From the NCBI GenBank assembly GCA_002346475.1, contig DDZV01000026.1:8-64007 (forward strand): DNA of 64,000 nucleotides, given 5' to 3'. The notes beneath the pieces are model-generated. The model was given only the letters and a program-made list of their open reading frames with translations, was not told where the DNA came from and did no database searches. Both the position numbers and the translations under genes were made by a program. Below are positions 10,075-20,695 of this stretch, in pieces; positions within the stretch are counted from its first letter, which is position 1, and every line of letters starts with the position of its first letter. Source of the DNA: Acidobacteria bacterium UBA2999. Its GTDB lineage: Bacteria > Acidobacteriota > Vicinamibacteria > Vicinamibacterales > UBA2999.

Positions 10075-11127
10075 ATGATAAAGTTGGGAGATCTTGCGGA
10101 GAGACTATCTTGTCGCCTAGAGGGCGATGGAGATATTGAGATAAAACGAGTAGCCCCTCTGGATGGTGCCACTACCGGGGATATTACGTTTTTTGCTAAT
10201 CCAAAGTACTTATCATTGCTAACTCAGACACGAGCCTCAGCTGTTATTCTTCGTCCGGATGCGCCCGATCCGCCATGCGCTGCGTTGCGTGCAGAGAATC
10301 CTTACCTTGCTTTTGCTAGAGCACTTCGTTTGTTTATTCCAACATTGCAACCTGTGCCTGGTGTGCACGAATTTTCCGAAGTGGCTGCCAATGCAAAGTT
10401 AGGTAAAGATGTTTCTGTTGGTGCCTTTGTGGTTATTGGCGAAGGTAGTTGTGTTGGCGATCGAACAACTATTGGACCGAACACGACTATAGGCCCTGGC
10501 GTAGTGATTGGAAATGATTGCTTAATTCATTCAAATGTTGCAGTTCGTGAAAGTGTAACAATTGGTGATCGAGTGGTTGTTCAAAACGGCGCAATCATAG
10601 GCAGTGATGGGTATGGGTTTGTTCGACGCGATGATGGAACTCACGAAAAGATCCCTCAGGTTGCCAAGGTATTTATTGAAGACGATGTAGAGCTAGGTGC
10701 TAATACGACTGTAGACAGACCTTCGTTAGGAGAGACTCGTATCAAGGCTGGCACTAAAATAGACAACCTTGTTCAAATTGGTCATGGTGTAACAATTGGA
10801 CATAACGTGCTAATGGCTGCACAGGTCGGGATAGCAGGAAGTACAACAATCGGGGATGACGTAATGTTTGGTGGACAAGTTGGTGTTGGTGGTCATCTCA
10901 AAATAGGAGATAGTTCAGTAGCAGTTGGACAGAGTGGAGTAACTCATTCTATTGATTCCAATTCAGAGGTAGCAGGTTATCCGGCGATTGAGAGTAAAGA
11001 GTGGCGCCGTGCAGTGACTATTTTTAGAAGGTTGCCTGAGCTCAAGCGGCGAATTGAAGAGCTTGAGTCTAAGCTGGAGAAATTGCGTAGCCGAACAGAT
11101 AGTTCGTCTGGAGGAACTCTAAAGTGA
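10075..11127 (+). CDS. lpxD: UDP-3-O-(3-hydroxyacyl)glucosamine N-acyltransferase
   Basis: 350 aa. N-terminal LpxD domain ([10 protein letters not shown]...[14 protein letters not shown]...ITFFANPKY) followed by long left-handed beta-helix hexapeptide repeats and a C-terminal helix. Confidence 0.93.
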   Translation: MIKLGDLAERLSCRLEGDGDIEIKRVAPLDGATTGDITFFANPKYLSLLTQTRASAVILRPDAPDPPCAALRAENPYLAFARALRLFIPTLQPVPGVHEFSEVAANAKLGKDVSVGAFVVIGEGSCVGDRTTIGPNTTIGPGVVIGNDCLIHSNVAVRESVTIGDRVVVQNGAIIGSDGYGFVRRDDGTHEKIPQVAKVFIEDDVELGANTTVDRPSLGETRIKAGTKIDNLVQIGHGVTIGHNVLMAAQVGIAGSTTIGDDVMFGGQVGVGGHLKIGDSSVAVGQSGVTHSIDSNSEVAGYPAIESKEWRRAVTIFRRLPELKRRIEELESKLEKLRSRTDSSSGGTLK

Positions 11128-12533
11128 CATTGTCTTGTCGCTGCTGGAAGGTTCTTTTCTATAAGTTTTTTATGCCAGGATTAGTTAAGCAAGGGGCGCT
11201 CGTATTTGCTACAGCCACGTTCTTAATACTAACTTTTATACCTGTTCAGACAGCGGTAAGACCACCAAAACTTCAGTACAAGATGATGACGCTTTCAAAC
11301 GGTCTCAGAGTAATTCTTTCTGAGGACCACTCGACACCAATTGTACATGTCTCAGTTTGGTATCACGTAGGGTCTAAAAATGAAAAACCAGGACGCACAG
11401 GATTTGCTCATCTTTTTGAACACATGATGTTCAAAGGTTCAAAGAATGTCATGCCGGATAGTCATCCCTCGATACTGGCTGGTATTGGTGGAGAGGCGAA
11501 TGCCTACACGAACGAGGACACGACAGTGTTTTGGCAGACCTTTCCGTCTCAGTACTTACCGCTAGTACTCTGGCTTGAGGCAGATCGTATGGCAACCTTG
11601 CGGGTCGACGAAGAAGCATTTCGACGTGAGCGAGAGGTTGTTAAAGAAGAACGTCGTATGCGCGTGGAAAATCAACCCTATGGACGTCTTAATGAAATTA
11701 TTTATGAGAATGCATTCACGAAACACCCTTATAAGCATCCAACCATTGGAAGCATTGAAGATCTTGAAGCTGCTTCTATAGAGGACGTACGTGAGTTTCA
11801 TAACACCTACTACGTGCCTGAGAATGCTACGGTAACAATTGTTGGAGATTTTGACCCTGAGCTCGCTACAGTCCTGGTAAATAAGTATTTGGGCCGTGTC
11901 CCGAAGGCAAAGCAGTCAGTTCCTCGAGATATTCCTATGGAACCGGCGATGGACGGTGAGAAACGTGTGACACTTGAAGAAACTGCTTGGCCACTCCCAG
12001 TTGTGGTTGTTGCTCACCACATTACTTATGATGGTCACCCTGATTCGTACCCGCTTCATATTGTTTCTAAAGTGCTTTCTGATGGGCAGAGTTCTAGGAT
12101 TACGAGTGAACTTGTCTACAAAAAAGGGTTGGCACTGACAGCATTTGGTAGTGGAAATATTGTTGAGCACCCAAATCTCTTCTACGCAGTAGCTGTGGTT
12201 CAGCCAGGTAAATCCCCAGCTGAAGTCGAGGAGGCACTAATAGCTGAACTTGAACGTTTAAAACTTGAAAAAATTACTGATAAAGAATTGCAACGTACTA
12301 AAAATCAGTTTGCCAGGGATTACATCATTGGTCGTGAATCAATTCAACAGAAAGCAACGCACCTAGCCCATGCCGCTGTTCTCCATAACGACATTACGAC
12401 AGCAGATGGTGAATTCGACATCTTTATGAATATTCAACCTGATGACGTTCAGCGAGTTGCTCAAAAATATTTCACGTCAACTAATCGTCTGGTCCTCACA
12501 ATTTTTCCACTGGGTTATGGAGGCGGTGGATGA
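11124..12533 (+). CDS. M16 (pitrilysin) family zinc peptidase, catalytic-type subunit, exported
   Basis: 469 aa with the inverted zinc motif [10 protein letters not shown] (HxxEH). GGAGG lies 9 nt upstream of the GTG at 11124, which overlaps the lpxD stop by 4 nt. Hydrophobic N-terminus. Confidence 0.87.
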   Translation: MTLSCRCWKVLFYKFFMPGLVKQGALVFATATFLILTFIPVQTAVRPPKLQYKMMTLSNGLRVILSEDHSTPIVHVSVWYHVGSKNEKPGRTGFAHLFEHMMFKGSKNVMPDSHPSILAGIGGEANAYTNEDTTVFWQTFPSQYLPLVLWLEADRMATLRVDEEAFRREREVVKEERRMRVENQPYGRLNEIIYENAFTKHPYKHPTIGSIEDLEAASIEDVREFHNTYYVPENATVTIVGDFDPELATVLVNKYLGRVPKAKQSVPRDIPMEPAMDGEKRVTLEETAWPLPVVVVAHHITYDGHPDSYPLHIVSKVLSDGQSSRITSELVYKKGLALTAFGSGNIVEHPNLFYAVAVVQPGKSPAEVEEALIAELERLKLEKITDKELQRTKNQFARDYIIGRESIQQKATHLAHAAVLHNDITTADGEFDIFMNIQPDDVQRVAQKYFTSTNRLVLTIFPLGYGGGG

Positions 12534-14035
12534 GTTGCTTGAGCAGTAACGAAGATTCACAAAACATGACTCGAATACTTGCTTTATTTGTATGGCTAAG
12601 TGGAGTGCTGTTGTTATCAATAAGTGTTGATGCACAGGTATGGCAATGGCCTAGCGAATTACCACCGAAACCGTTGCCAGCGCGTGAGATGACTTTCCCT
12701 CCTTATGATGTAAGAACTTTATCCAATGGATTGCAGGTAGTTACAGTTCTACAGCATGAGCAGCCAGCCGTTAGTATTCGACTGCTTGTACGTGCAGGGA
12801 GTGTTGACAATCCACCTGACAGGCCAGGGGTTGCTTCGTTTGTTGCATCGTTACTCGATCGAGGTACGAATACCCGTTCTGCTCAGGAGATTGCCGATAC
12901 TATTGACACAATCGGTGGGGCACTTGGTACTGGTTCAGGTAGCGACTTAACCTTTGTAAATGCAGTTGTCATGAAGGACTCTTTTGGTCTTGTCATGGAG
13001 TTAATGGGTGATCTAGTTCGCAACCCAGCATTTGCTCAAGAGGAAATAGAGCGCCAGCGACAACAAGTGCTTTCAGAACTTCAGGTAAGTCAGACTTCTC
13101 CAGAGTATGTGGCTAATGTAGTGTTCGGTCGCCTTGTCTACGGTTTTCATCCTTACGGGTTACCAAATCGAGGGACTCCAAACTCACTGCATGCAATCAC
13201 GCATAAGGATTTAGAAAACTTTCACCGTCGACACTTCATGCCAAATAATATGATTCTTGCCCTCGTTGGCGATCTGACCCATCAAGAAGCATTTGCTGCA
13301 ACGGAAAAAGTTTTTGGTAGTTGGCCAGAGGGTACCCTGCCCACACAAGTTTCGACTCAGACTCCACCGCCTGTCGGGCGTGTTGTTGTGATTGATAAAC
13401 CTGACGCCGTGCAAACTGAAATTCGAGTTGGTCAGCTTGGGATTATGCGAAAGCATTCTGATTATATGGCTGTCGATATGGCATTTAAGATCCTGGGGGG
13501 AGAAGGTGCTAATCGACTTCATCGTGTTTTACGATCAGAGCGCGGTCTTACCTACGGTGCTTCAGCTGACATCCAGGCGTTAAAGCACGCCGGTCTATTT
13601 ATGGCAGAGACTGACACACGGACAGAAGCGACTGGAGAGGTGCTTGGGCTTATTCTTGATGAAATTAATACTCTACGAAGAGAATTTGTTGGCGTGCGTG
13701 AATTAGCTGACGCGCAGGCTTATTTAGCTGGACACTTTCCGCTAACCCTTGAAACACCAGACGCGATAGCAACGAGGGTCCTTAATGCGCTTTTTTATGA
13801 ATTGCCTGTAAAAGAGATTAGCACTTTCCCTCAACGTATCAGGGCTGTCACTGCGGATGATATTCAGAGGGCAGCGCGTACTTATATTTTCCCTAGGCAG
13901 TTATCAATAGTGCTTGTTGGTCGCGCTTCTGGGTTTTTAGCACAACTTTCAAAAGTTGGACTTGGAGAATATGAAGTGATTCCTATTGACGAACTAGATT
14001 TTTCATCGGCATCACTGAGATTAACTTCGAATTAA
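12530..14035 (+). CDS. M16 family peptidase, non-catalytic partner subunit (no HxxEH)
   Basis: 501 aa. M16 fold pattern (GLQVVTV...VSIRLLVRAGS..., C-terminal M16C region) but no HxxEH motif. ATG overlaps the upstream M16 stop by 4 nt, with GGAGG 6 nt upstream. Signal-peptide-like N-terminus. Confidence 0.8.
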   Translation: MSCLSSNEDSQNMTRILALFVWLSGVLLLSISVDAQVWQWPSELPPKPLPAREMTFPPYDVRTLSNGLQVVTVLQHEQPAVSIRLLVRAGSVDNPPDRPGVASFVASLLDRGTNTRSAQEIADTIDTIGGALGTGSGSDLTFVNAVVMKDSFGLVMELMGDLVRNPAFAQEEIERQRQQVLSELQVSQTSPEYVANVVFGRLVYGFHPYGLPNRGTPNSLHAITHKDLENFHRRHFMPNNMILALVGDLTHQEAFAATEKVFGSWPEGTLPTQVSTQTPPPVGRVVVIDKPDAVQTEIRVGQLGIMRKHSDYMAVDMAFKILGGEGANRLHRVLRSERGLTYGASADIQALKHAGLFMAETDTRTEATGEVLGLILDEINTLRREFVGVRELADAQAYLAGHFPLTLETPDAIATRVLNALFYELPVKEISTFPQRIRAVTADDIQRAARTYIFPRQLSIVLVGRASGFLAQLSKVGLGEYEVIPIDELDFSSASLRLTSN

Positions 14036-14051
14036 AACAATCTCTTTTCCA

Positions 14052-15191
14052 ATGCGAATCATGATTTCGTGCGGTGAGCCTTCAGGCGATCTTTATGCTG
14101 GGGAGTTGGCTCGTGCACTTAAAACACGCTTGCCGAATGTAGATCTAGTTGGCATGGGCGGGGATTTTTTACGTGCGGCGAATGCTCGTCTCATCGGAGA
14201 TTTTTCTGAGATATCAGTTACTGGTCTAACCGAGGCGCTACGCATTTTGCCACGTTCCTACACCTTATTTCGGCGACTTGTTGCGGAGGCTCGTGCCTGT
14301 CGGCCGGACGTGTTTGTTGCCATTGATTTTCCAGATTTTAATTTTCGTCTTGGGAAGGCTTTAAAAAAACTTGATATTCCAATTGTGTATTACGTTAGTC
14401 CACAGATTTGGGCATGGCGTAAAGGTCGCATACGAACAATTAAGAAATTCGTTGATCGAGTTTTAGTGATCTTTCCCTTTGAGGAACCTTTTTACCAACG
14501 GGAAGGCATTGATGTGAAATTTGTTGGCCATCCACTTATTGATCTTGCACAACCGACTGTTACAAGGGAGCAGTTCTTGACTAAGGAGGGATTAGACCCA
14601 AGTCGACCGACGATTGCATTATTACCTGGAAGTCGCGTTAACGAGATTAAGCGTATTAGTCCAGTAATGGCTGCTGCGATTCCATTGATCCGTGCACAAG
14701 TTCCTCAAATACAATTTGTCGTAGCCTGTGCTACAGGGCTACAAAGAGATCTTTTTTCTGATTTTTTTAGCGAAGTTGAACCGCCTGTATTAGTTGCTGG
14801 GCAAAGTGACGATGTATTGGCAGCTTCAAATATTGTGATTACTGCTTCTGGCACAGCTACGGTTCAAGCTGCATTACACGAGCGTCCAATGATTGTTGTT
14901 TATAGGCTTTCCTCTATGACTTATAGAATAGGAAAGCCCTTTGTAAGCGTGGATACTTACGCGATGGTTAATCTTATAGCCGGTAGAAAGATCGTGCCAG
15001 AATTAATCCAAGGTAATTTTACTCCAAGGAACGTTGCTAGCGAGGCTGTTACCCTTCTCACTGATGCTAGTCAGTACGGAAACATGGCGCATGAGTTAAA
15101 GAATGTTCGTTACAGGCTTGGGTCTCCTGGTGCTAGCACTCGTGCAGCAGATGCGATTCTTGAGATTGCTAATCAGAGAATGTTGTCCTAG
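14052..15191 (+). CDS. lpxB: Lipid-A-disaccharide synthase
   Basis: 379 aa. MRIMISCGEPSGDLYAGELARAL, YYVSPQIWAWRKGR and FVGHPL are typical LpxB motifs. Confidence 0.93.
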   Translation: MRIMISCGEPSGDLYAGELARALKTRLPNVDLVGMGGDFLRAANARLIGDFSEISVTGLTEALRILPRSYTLFRRLVAEARACRPDVFVAIDFPDFNFRLGKALKKLDIPIVYYVSPQIWAWRKGRIRTIKKFVDRVLVIFPFEEPFYQREGIDVKFVGHPLIDLAQPTVTREQFLTKEGLDPSRPTIALLPGSRVNEIKRISPVMAAAIPLIRAQVPQIQFVVACATGLQRDLFSDFFSEVEPPVLVAGQSDDVLAASNIVITASGTATVQAALHERPMIVVYRLSSMTYRIGKPFVSVDTYAMVNLIAGRKIVPELIQGNFTPRNVASEAVTLLTDASQYGNMAHELKNVRYRLGSPGASTRAADAILEIANQRMLS

Positions 15192-15326
15192 CGCAGGAGT
15201 ATGCAGATAGTTCTATCTTGGGTATTTGCAATAGGACACTATTCTGCCTCACGGAGTATGATCAGTAGTTATCAATATTTAAATGGAACTATTAACTAAA
15301 CTTACATCGGAGATATTTCCACTTCA

Positions 15327-18032
15327 ATGTCTACACTGAACAGCTTTGGGACCAAAACTGAGCTTCAAGTTTCTAAAGAAAACATACAAATTTATAGCCT
15401 TCCAGCGCTAGAGAAACGTGGCTTTTCAAATATTTCTCAGCTACCTTACTCAATAAAAATACTTCTCGAAAACCTGTTGCGCCGAGAAGACAACGCTTTC
15501 GTTAAGTCAGATGACATTAATATTCTGGCGGAGTGGGACGCTACCGGTTTAGTTGCAAAAGAGATTTCTTTTATGCCCGCAAGGGTTCTTTTGCAGGATT
15601 TCACAGGTGTTCCATGTGTTGTTGATTTGGCCGCAATACGTGATGCCGTAATTTCACTTGGCGGAAATCCTGTTCATGTTGATCCTAGAGAACCTGTTGA
15701 ACTTGTCATTGATCACTCTGTTCAAGTCGATCATTTTGCGCGACCAGATGCTTTTTCGCTGAATGCGGATCTTGAGTTTTCACGTAATCGAGAACGGTAT
15801 TCATTTCTCAGATGGGGGCAGGGTGCATTTCAAAACTTTAAAGTTGTACCTCCGGATACCGGTATTGTGCATCAGGTCAACATTGAACACCTTGCGAGAG
15901 TTGTTTGTTCTCGTGACCTTAATGGTAAGACCCTTGCTTATCCAGACACGCTGGTCGGGACTGATTCACACACAACGATGGTCAATGGTCTCGGGGTAGT
16001 TGGATGGGGTGTGGGTGGAATTGAAGCTGAGGCTGCCATGCTCGGCCAACCAGTTTCGATGCTTATTCCAAAAGTTATCGGTTTTTGTCTGAAAGGGGAG
16101 TTGCCTCCAGGGGCCACGGCAACTGATTTAGTACTAACTATTACAGAGCTACTTCGGAAACGTGGCGTGGTGGGTACTTTTGTGGAGTTTTTTGGAGAGG
16201 GCCTCAAACATCTAACAATTGCTGATCGTGCAACTCTTGGCAATATGTGTCCAGAGTATGGTTCTACGATTGCGATTTTTCCTATTGACCAGATGACGAT
16301 TGACTATCTACGTCTTACAGGTCGGGATGAATCGCACGTACAGCTGGTTGATACCTATGCACGTGCCCAGGGTTTATTCCAAGATTCTGATAGTCACGTA
16401 GCTTCTTATTCTAGTACTGTTGAACTTGATCTGGCCACTGTTGAACCAAGTCTTGCAGGTCCCCGGCGTCCGCAAGATCGAGTTCCATTACGTCAGGCAA
16501 AGAAATGCTTTTTAGAAGTATTACCTTCTATGCAAACCCCGAATGGCACTCGTCACGGGACTGTTAGTAATCAATCGAGTATAGCTGCAAACTCGCAACT
16601 AGACGTGTTAGATCACGGCGCAGTTGTTATTGCAGCAATTACAAGTTGCACAAATACTTCTAACCCGAGTGTCATGATCGGAGCGGGCCTATTAGCTAAG
16701 AAGGCTGTTGAAAGAGGTTTGAAGCGCAAGCCATGGGTCAAGGCAAGTTTGGCGCCTGGTTCTAAAGTTGTGACTGAGTATCTGAAGTCAGCTGGACTTA
16801 CTCCGTTCTTGGACCAACTTGGCTTCAATCTGGTTGGTTACGGATGTACAACTTGTATTGGTAATAGTGGTCCCCTGCCAGTAGAGGTCTCTTCAAAAAT
16901 TCGGGAACAAGAACTAGTTGTTTGTTCTGTTTTGAGTGGGAATAGAAACTTCGAGGGTCGTATTCAACAAGAGGTGAAAGCTAATTATCTTGCGTCACCA
17001 CCGCTGGTAGTTGCCTATGCTCTTAATGGGTGGATGACTACGGATCTGACGACAGAACCGATTGGTAAGGACGCTGAAGGAGATCCTGTATATTTGCAAG
17101 ATCTTTGGCCTACCGAACAAGAGATTCAAGATATTTTAACGCGCGCTGTTAATGCTGATATGTTTCGAAAATCATATGCGGATGTATTTGAAGGAGATGA
17201 GCGGTGGTCCAAGCTTGATGTGCCAACAGGTAACAGGTTCGAGTGGGATGCAAATTCAACATATATTAGACGACCTACATTTCTAGAAGATATGACGATG
17301 GAAGCTGAGCCCCCAGCCGATATTCTAGATGCGCGCGTGCTTGCATTGCTTGGTGACAGCGTTACAACTGATCATATTTCCCCAGCAGGAGCAATCAAAG
17401 CAGATACCCCTGCTGGAGAATATTTAATTAAGCAAGGAGTGGCGCCAACTGATTTTAATTCTTATGGGGCACGTCGAGGTAATCATGAGGTAATGATGCG
17501 GGGAACTTTTGCCAATGTACGTTTACGCAATCAGATCGCACCTGGCACTGAAGGTGGTTGGACTCGATATCTGCCCGATGGTGAATTGATGACTATCTAT
17601 GATGCTTCAGTAAGTTACCGATCAGCTGACGTACCATTGGTTGTGATTGCAGGCAAAGAATATGGGTCTGGTTCTTCTCGAGACTGGGCTGCTAAAGGTA
17701 CGCTCCTCCTTGGTGTGAAGGCCGTTATTGCTGAGTCATTTGAACGTATTCACCGTAGTAATCTTGTTAATATGGGAGTGTTGCCACTGCAGTTCTCTGC
17801 TGGCACTACCATGGCTTCACTAGGTCTTACTGGAATGGAGCAATATTCACTTACAGGTGTTTCAGATCTTTCTAAGCCGAGGTCTGAGATCCAAGTACGT
17901 GCGATAGGTGATGATGGTTCCACTCAAGAGTTTCGTGTCATAGCTCGTATTGATACACCAGAGGAATTAACGGCATTTCGACATGGTGGAATCCTTCCCT
18001 ATGTTGTCAGACAATTGGTCTCTCTTAGTTAA
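15327..18032 (+). CDS. acnA: Aconitate hydratase A
   Basis: 901 aa. The three Fe-S cysteine regions are present (TDSHTTM, ITSCTNTSNP, YGCTTCIGNSG) along with the C-terminal swivel domain (GKEYGSGSSRDWAAKG). Confidence 0.96.
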   Translation: MSTLNSFGTKTELQVSKENIQIYSLPALEKRGFSNISQLPYSIKILLENLLRREDNAFVKSDDINILAEWDATGLVAKEISFMPARVLLQDFTGVPCVVDLAAIRDAVISLGGNPVHVDPREPVELVIDHSVQVDHFARPDAFSLNADLEFSRNRERYSFLRWGQGAFQNFKVVPPDTGIVHQVNIEHLARVVCSRDLNGKTLAYPDTLVGTDSHTTMVNGLGVVGWGVGGIEAEAAMLGQPVSMLIPKVIGFCLKGELPPGATATDLVLTITELLRKRGVVGTFVEFFGEGLKHLTIADRATLGNMCPEYGSTIAIFPIDQMTIDYLRLTGRDESHVQLVDTYARAQGLFQDSDSHVASYSSTVELDLATVEPSLAGPRRPQDRVPLRQAKKCFLEVLPSMQTPNGTRHGTVSNQSSIAANSQLDVLDHGAVVIAAITSCTNTSNPSVMIGAGLLAKKAVERGLKRKPWVKASLAPGSKVVTEYLKSAGLTPFLDQLGFNLVGYGCTTCIGNSGPLPVEVSSKIREQELVVCSVLSGNRNFEGRIQQEVKANYLASPPLVVAYALNGWMTTDLTTEPIGKDAEGDPVYLQDLWPTEQEIQDILTRAVNADMFRKSYADVFEGDERWSKLDVPTGNRFEWDANSTYIRRPTFLEDMTMEAEPPADILDARVLALLGDSVTTDHISPAGAIKADTPAGEYLIKQGVAPTDFNSYGARRGNHEVMMRGTFANVRLRNQIAPGTEGGWTRYLPDGELMTIYDASVSYRSADVPLVVIAGKEYGSGSSRDWAAKGTLLLGVKAVIAESFERIHRSNLVNMGVLPLQFSAGTTMASLGLTGMEQYSLTGVSDLSKPRSEIQVRAIGDDGSTQEFRVIARIDTPEELTAFRHGGILPYVVRQLVSLS

Positions 18033-18091
18033 CCCTGTGTTTTGTGTCTGCAAAGAGTAACCATAAGCTACTGAGTTTTAGGTTTTAGACG

Positions 18092-19129
18092 TTGGTTTTG
18101 ACTTCATTGCAAGTTAAACAGAAGGCGATCGAACTGGGGTTTGACCTGTGTGGCATTTCGCCTGTTGAAGATTTTTCAGAGTTATCTTTTCTTTCAACTT
18201 GGATTAATCGTGGCTATGCAGGTGAAATGGATTGGATGGCCAGATCTGTTAGTCGTCGTAGCGACGTTCGAAAGATCCTTCCAGGGGCTACGAGTGTTAT
18301 TTCGACTGCCACTATCTACAACGTTGATCGGCCATACTCTACGGAGAATACTGAGTCTTCAGCAGCTTTAATTTCTCGGTACGCTTGGGGTGATGATTAT
18401 CACGATGTGCTGCAAAGTCGTCTTGATAAGCTTGTTACATGGATGCATAAAGCTTCGGAAGGGTTGTTTGAAGCAAAGGCATATGTCGACACAGGTCCAA
18501 TACAAGAACGGGTGTACGCGCAACATGCTGGGATTGGTTGGATTGGGAAGAATACTTGCATAATTAATCCAATACTTGGTTCATGGTTGTTTCTAGCTGA
18601 AGTTGTTTGCACGTTGCTACTTGAGCCAGACCCGCCAGCGTTGAATCAATGCGGAACATGTAACCTGTGTATTGAGGCTTGCCCAACCGGTGCTATTGCT
18701 GCACCTTATGAGCTAGACTCAACACGTTGTCTTTCTTATTTAACAATTGAAAAGCGGGGAGATATTCCAACAGACTATCGATCTGAACTTGGAACACGCA
18801 TTTACGGTTGTGATATTTGTCAAGAAGTCTGTCCGTATAATCAACCAGCTGCTATCAGTAAAGATTCTTCTTGGCAGCCAAGACATGGTTTGGATCAGCC
18901 AACTCTTAGCGAATTATGGCTTATGTCTGATGATGCCGTTGGAAATCTCTTGAAGGGGAGTGCGATAACTCGTGCAAAATTAAGCGGACTCAGACGAAAT
19001 ATCGCTGTTGCAATGGGGAATGCTGGAGAGGTCGATACACTTGTAAAATCGAAGGATGCAACTGATCAACGTATATCTGTGAACGACGAGATGGTTCAAC
19101 GCCATGTTCGCTGGCTTGTAGAAGAGTAG
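18092..19129 (+). CDS. queG: Epoxyqueuosine reductase
   Basis: 345 aa (TTG start in track). Two 4Fe-4S motifs, CGTCNLCIEACPTGA and CDICQEVCPYN, plus GIGWIGKNTCIINP are typical of QueG. Confidence 0.9.
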   Translation: MVLTSLQVKQKAIELGFDLCGISPVEDFSELSFLSTWINRGYAGEMDWMARSVSRRSDVRKILPGATSVISTATIYNVDRPYSTENTESSAALISRYAWGDDYHDVLQSRLDKLVTWMHKASEGLFEAKAYVDTGPIQERVYAQHAGIGWIGKNTCIINPILGSWLFLAEVVCTLLLEPDPPALNQCGTCNLCIEACPTGAIAAPYELDSTRCLSYLTIEKRGDIPTDYRSELGTRIYGCDICQEVCPYNQPAAISKDSSWQPRHGLDQPTLSELWLMSDDAVGNLLKGSAITRAKLSGLRRNIAVAMGNAGEVDTLVKSKDATDQRISVNDEMVQRHVRWLVEE

Positions 19130-19136
19130 AGTTTTT

Positions 19137-19691
19137 ATGGCTAACATTCCTGCCGCTCCCGTCTTGCTATTGTCAATGCCTCAGATGGTCGATCCAAACT
19201 TTTCTCGTACGGTTGTGCTGTTGTGTGAATATACAGAGGAGGGCGCGTTTGGATTTATCGTAAATCGTCCTATGGACGAGCCAGCCTCTACATTTGTAAA
19301 AACAGACTCCTCCATAAAAATTAATCCAAAAGTAAGGCTTTGGATAGGTGGTCCTGCACAACAAGAAAGCACCTGGGTGCTGATGTCAGAATCTCAAGAT
19401 CCTAACGATGAGCCAAAAGAAATTGTTCCTGGGGTGCTTCTTTCAGTATCTGAAGAACTAACGTTACAGTTGTTACAGTCTCCGCCAAGTAGCAAGGCTC
19501 GTGTGTTGGTTGGGTGCGCAGGATGGGGGCAAGGGCAGCTTGATCAGGAATTAGCAGCTTCAGGATGGTTAATGCTTAAGGTGGATCCCGAACTTATTTT
19601 TGGAGTTCCTCCAGAGAAGATGTGGGAGGTAGCTATTCTCCGTCTTGGTAAGAATCCATTATCTTTTCAAATGAGTCCAGGCGTGCATTAG
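19137..19691 (+). CDS. YqgE/AlgH family protein
   Basis: 184 aa. LLLSMPQMVDPNFSRTVVLLCEYTEEGAFGFIVNRP and GWGQGQLDQEL match the YqgE/AlgH (DUF179) pattern. Confidence 0.82.
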   Translation: MANIPAAPVLLLSMPQMVDPNFSRTVVLLCEYTEEGAFGFIVNRPMDEPASTFVKTDSSIKINPKVRLWIGGPAQQESTWVLMSESQDPNDEPKEIVPGVLLSVSEELTLQLLQSPPSSKARVLVGCAGWGQGQLDQELAASGWLMLKVDPELIFGVPPEKMWEVAILRLGKNPLSFQMSPGVH

Positions 19692-19703
19692 TACTTTAGA
19701 AAT

Positions 19704-19928
19704 TTATTTTGGCGCTGCGGCTTTTTTCGCGGCCTTCTTCCGTTTGGTAGTTTTTTTTCGCCGAGGCGCCATTGTTGCCGATTTCTCGAGTTTCACAATA
19801 GCTGTCGAGAAATTACGAACACCGTGTTCGTCAAATTCAATAACTGTGTGATATTCATTAGAAGATATGACAGTGCCAGTTCCGTAGCGTGCTTGGACGA
19901 CGCGATTTCCAACTGTAAAGATTGCCAC
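19704..19928 (-). CDS. Small protein: UvrD/PcrA C-terminal-like Tudor domain with a lysine-rich tail
   Basis: 74 aa. VGNRVVQARYGTGTVISSNEYHTVIEFDEHGVRNFSTAIVKLEKS follows the G.RV.H..FG.G.V....V.F...G.K.L.....LE pattern of helicase C-terminal domains. It ends RRKKTTKRKKAAKKAAAPK. Confidence 0.5.
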   Translation of the reverse strand: MAIFTVGNRVVQARYGTGTVISSNEYHTVIEFDEHGVRNFSTAIVKLEKSATMAPRRKKTTKRKKAAKKAAAPK

Positions 19929-20069
19929 ACTTCCTCCTGGAGATATTTATTCTATCATGTGATTGCTGATAAATAATTTAAGAGGATTTATATACCATTC
20001 TAAGATAGTGGGTAATGTCAGATAGTCATAAAGGCAATGAGACATTGAATCCTTAACTTACTGATACTT

Positions 20070-20654
20070 ATGAGTAATAGCTTGAAAGTTATTGGACTAG
20101 TGTTGCTACCTCCGGCGTTATTAATATTGCTTGCGCTGAGTTATGTTCGGTTAACTGAACTAAGTACACGATCTAATCCAGGATGGATTGAGACACGAAT
20201 TGCTCGTATATTTCGACAGGTTGCTTTTCCTGCTGGTATCCGAGAGAAACAAAATCCAGTACCGATATCAAAAGAGGTAATTGCCGACGGACTTGCACAT
20301 TTTGCCGACCATTGTGCTACCTGTCACGGAAATGATGGTGCTGGTAACACTAATTATGGGAAGCGACTCTTTCCTCGTTCCCCAGATTTACGGTTACCGG
20401 AGACACAGGACCTCACAGATGGAGAATTATTTCATATCATTGAGCAGGGAATCCGTTTTACAGGGATGCCTGGATTTGGAGATGGGACTGAGGAAGGGGT
20501 TCATTCAAGTTGGCATCTGGTACACTTTATGCGCCACCTTCCTGACTTAACTGAGGATGAGCTTGCAAGTATGGAAGAACTCAACCCAAGACCACCTGCT
20601 GAGGTGCGACAGGAAATTGAAGAGGAACGTTTTTTATTAGGACTCGATGATTAG
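20070..20654 (+). CDS. Membrane-anchored monohaem c-type cytochrome
   Basis: 194 aa. N-terminal hydrophobic anchor, one CxxCH site (CATCHGNDG), a distal Met region (IRFTGMPGF) and an acidic C-terminus. Confidence 0.75.
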   Translation: MSNSLKVIGLVLLPPALLILLALSYVRLTELSTRSNPGWIETRIARIFRQVAFPAGIREKQNPVPISKEVIADGLAHFADHCATCHGNDGAGNTNYGKRLFPRSPDLRLPETQDLTDGELFHIIEQGIRFTGMPGFGDGTEEGVHSSWHLVHFMRHLPDLTEDELASMEELNPRPPAEVRQEIEEERFLLGLDD

Positions 20655-20695
20655 ACTTTTGAATCGAATATAGAGCACGCTCACGGAGCGAACAA

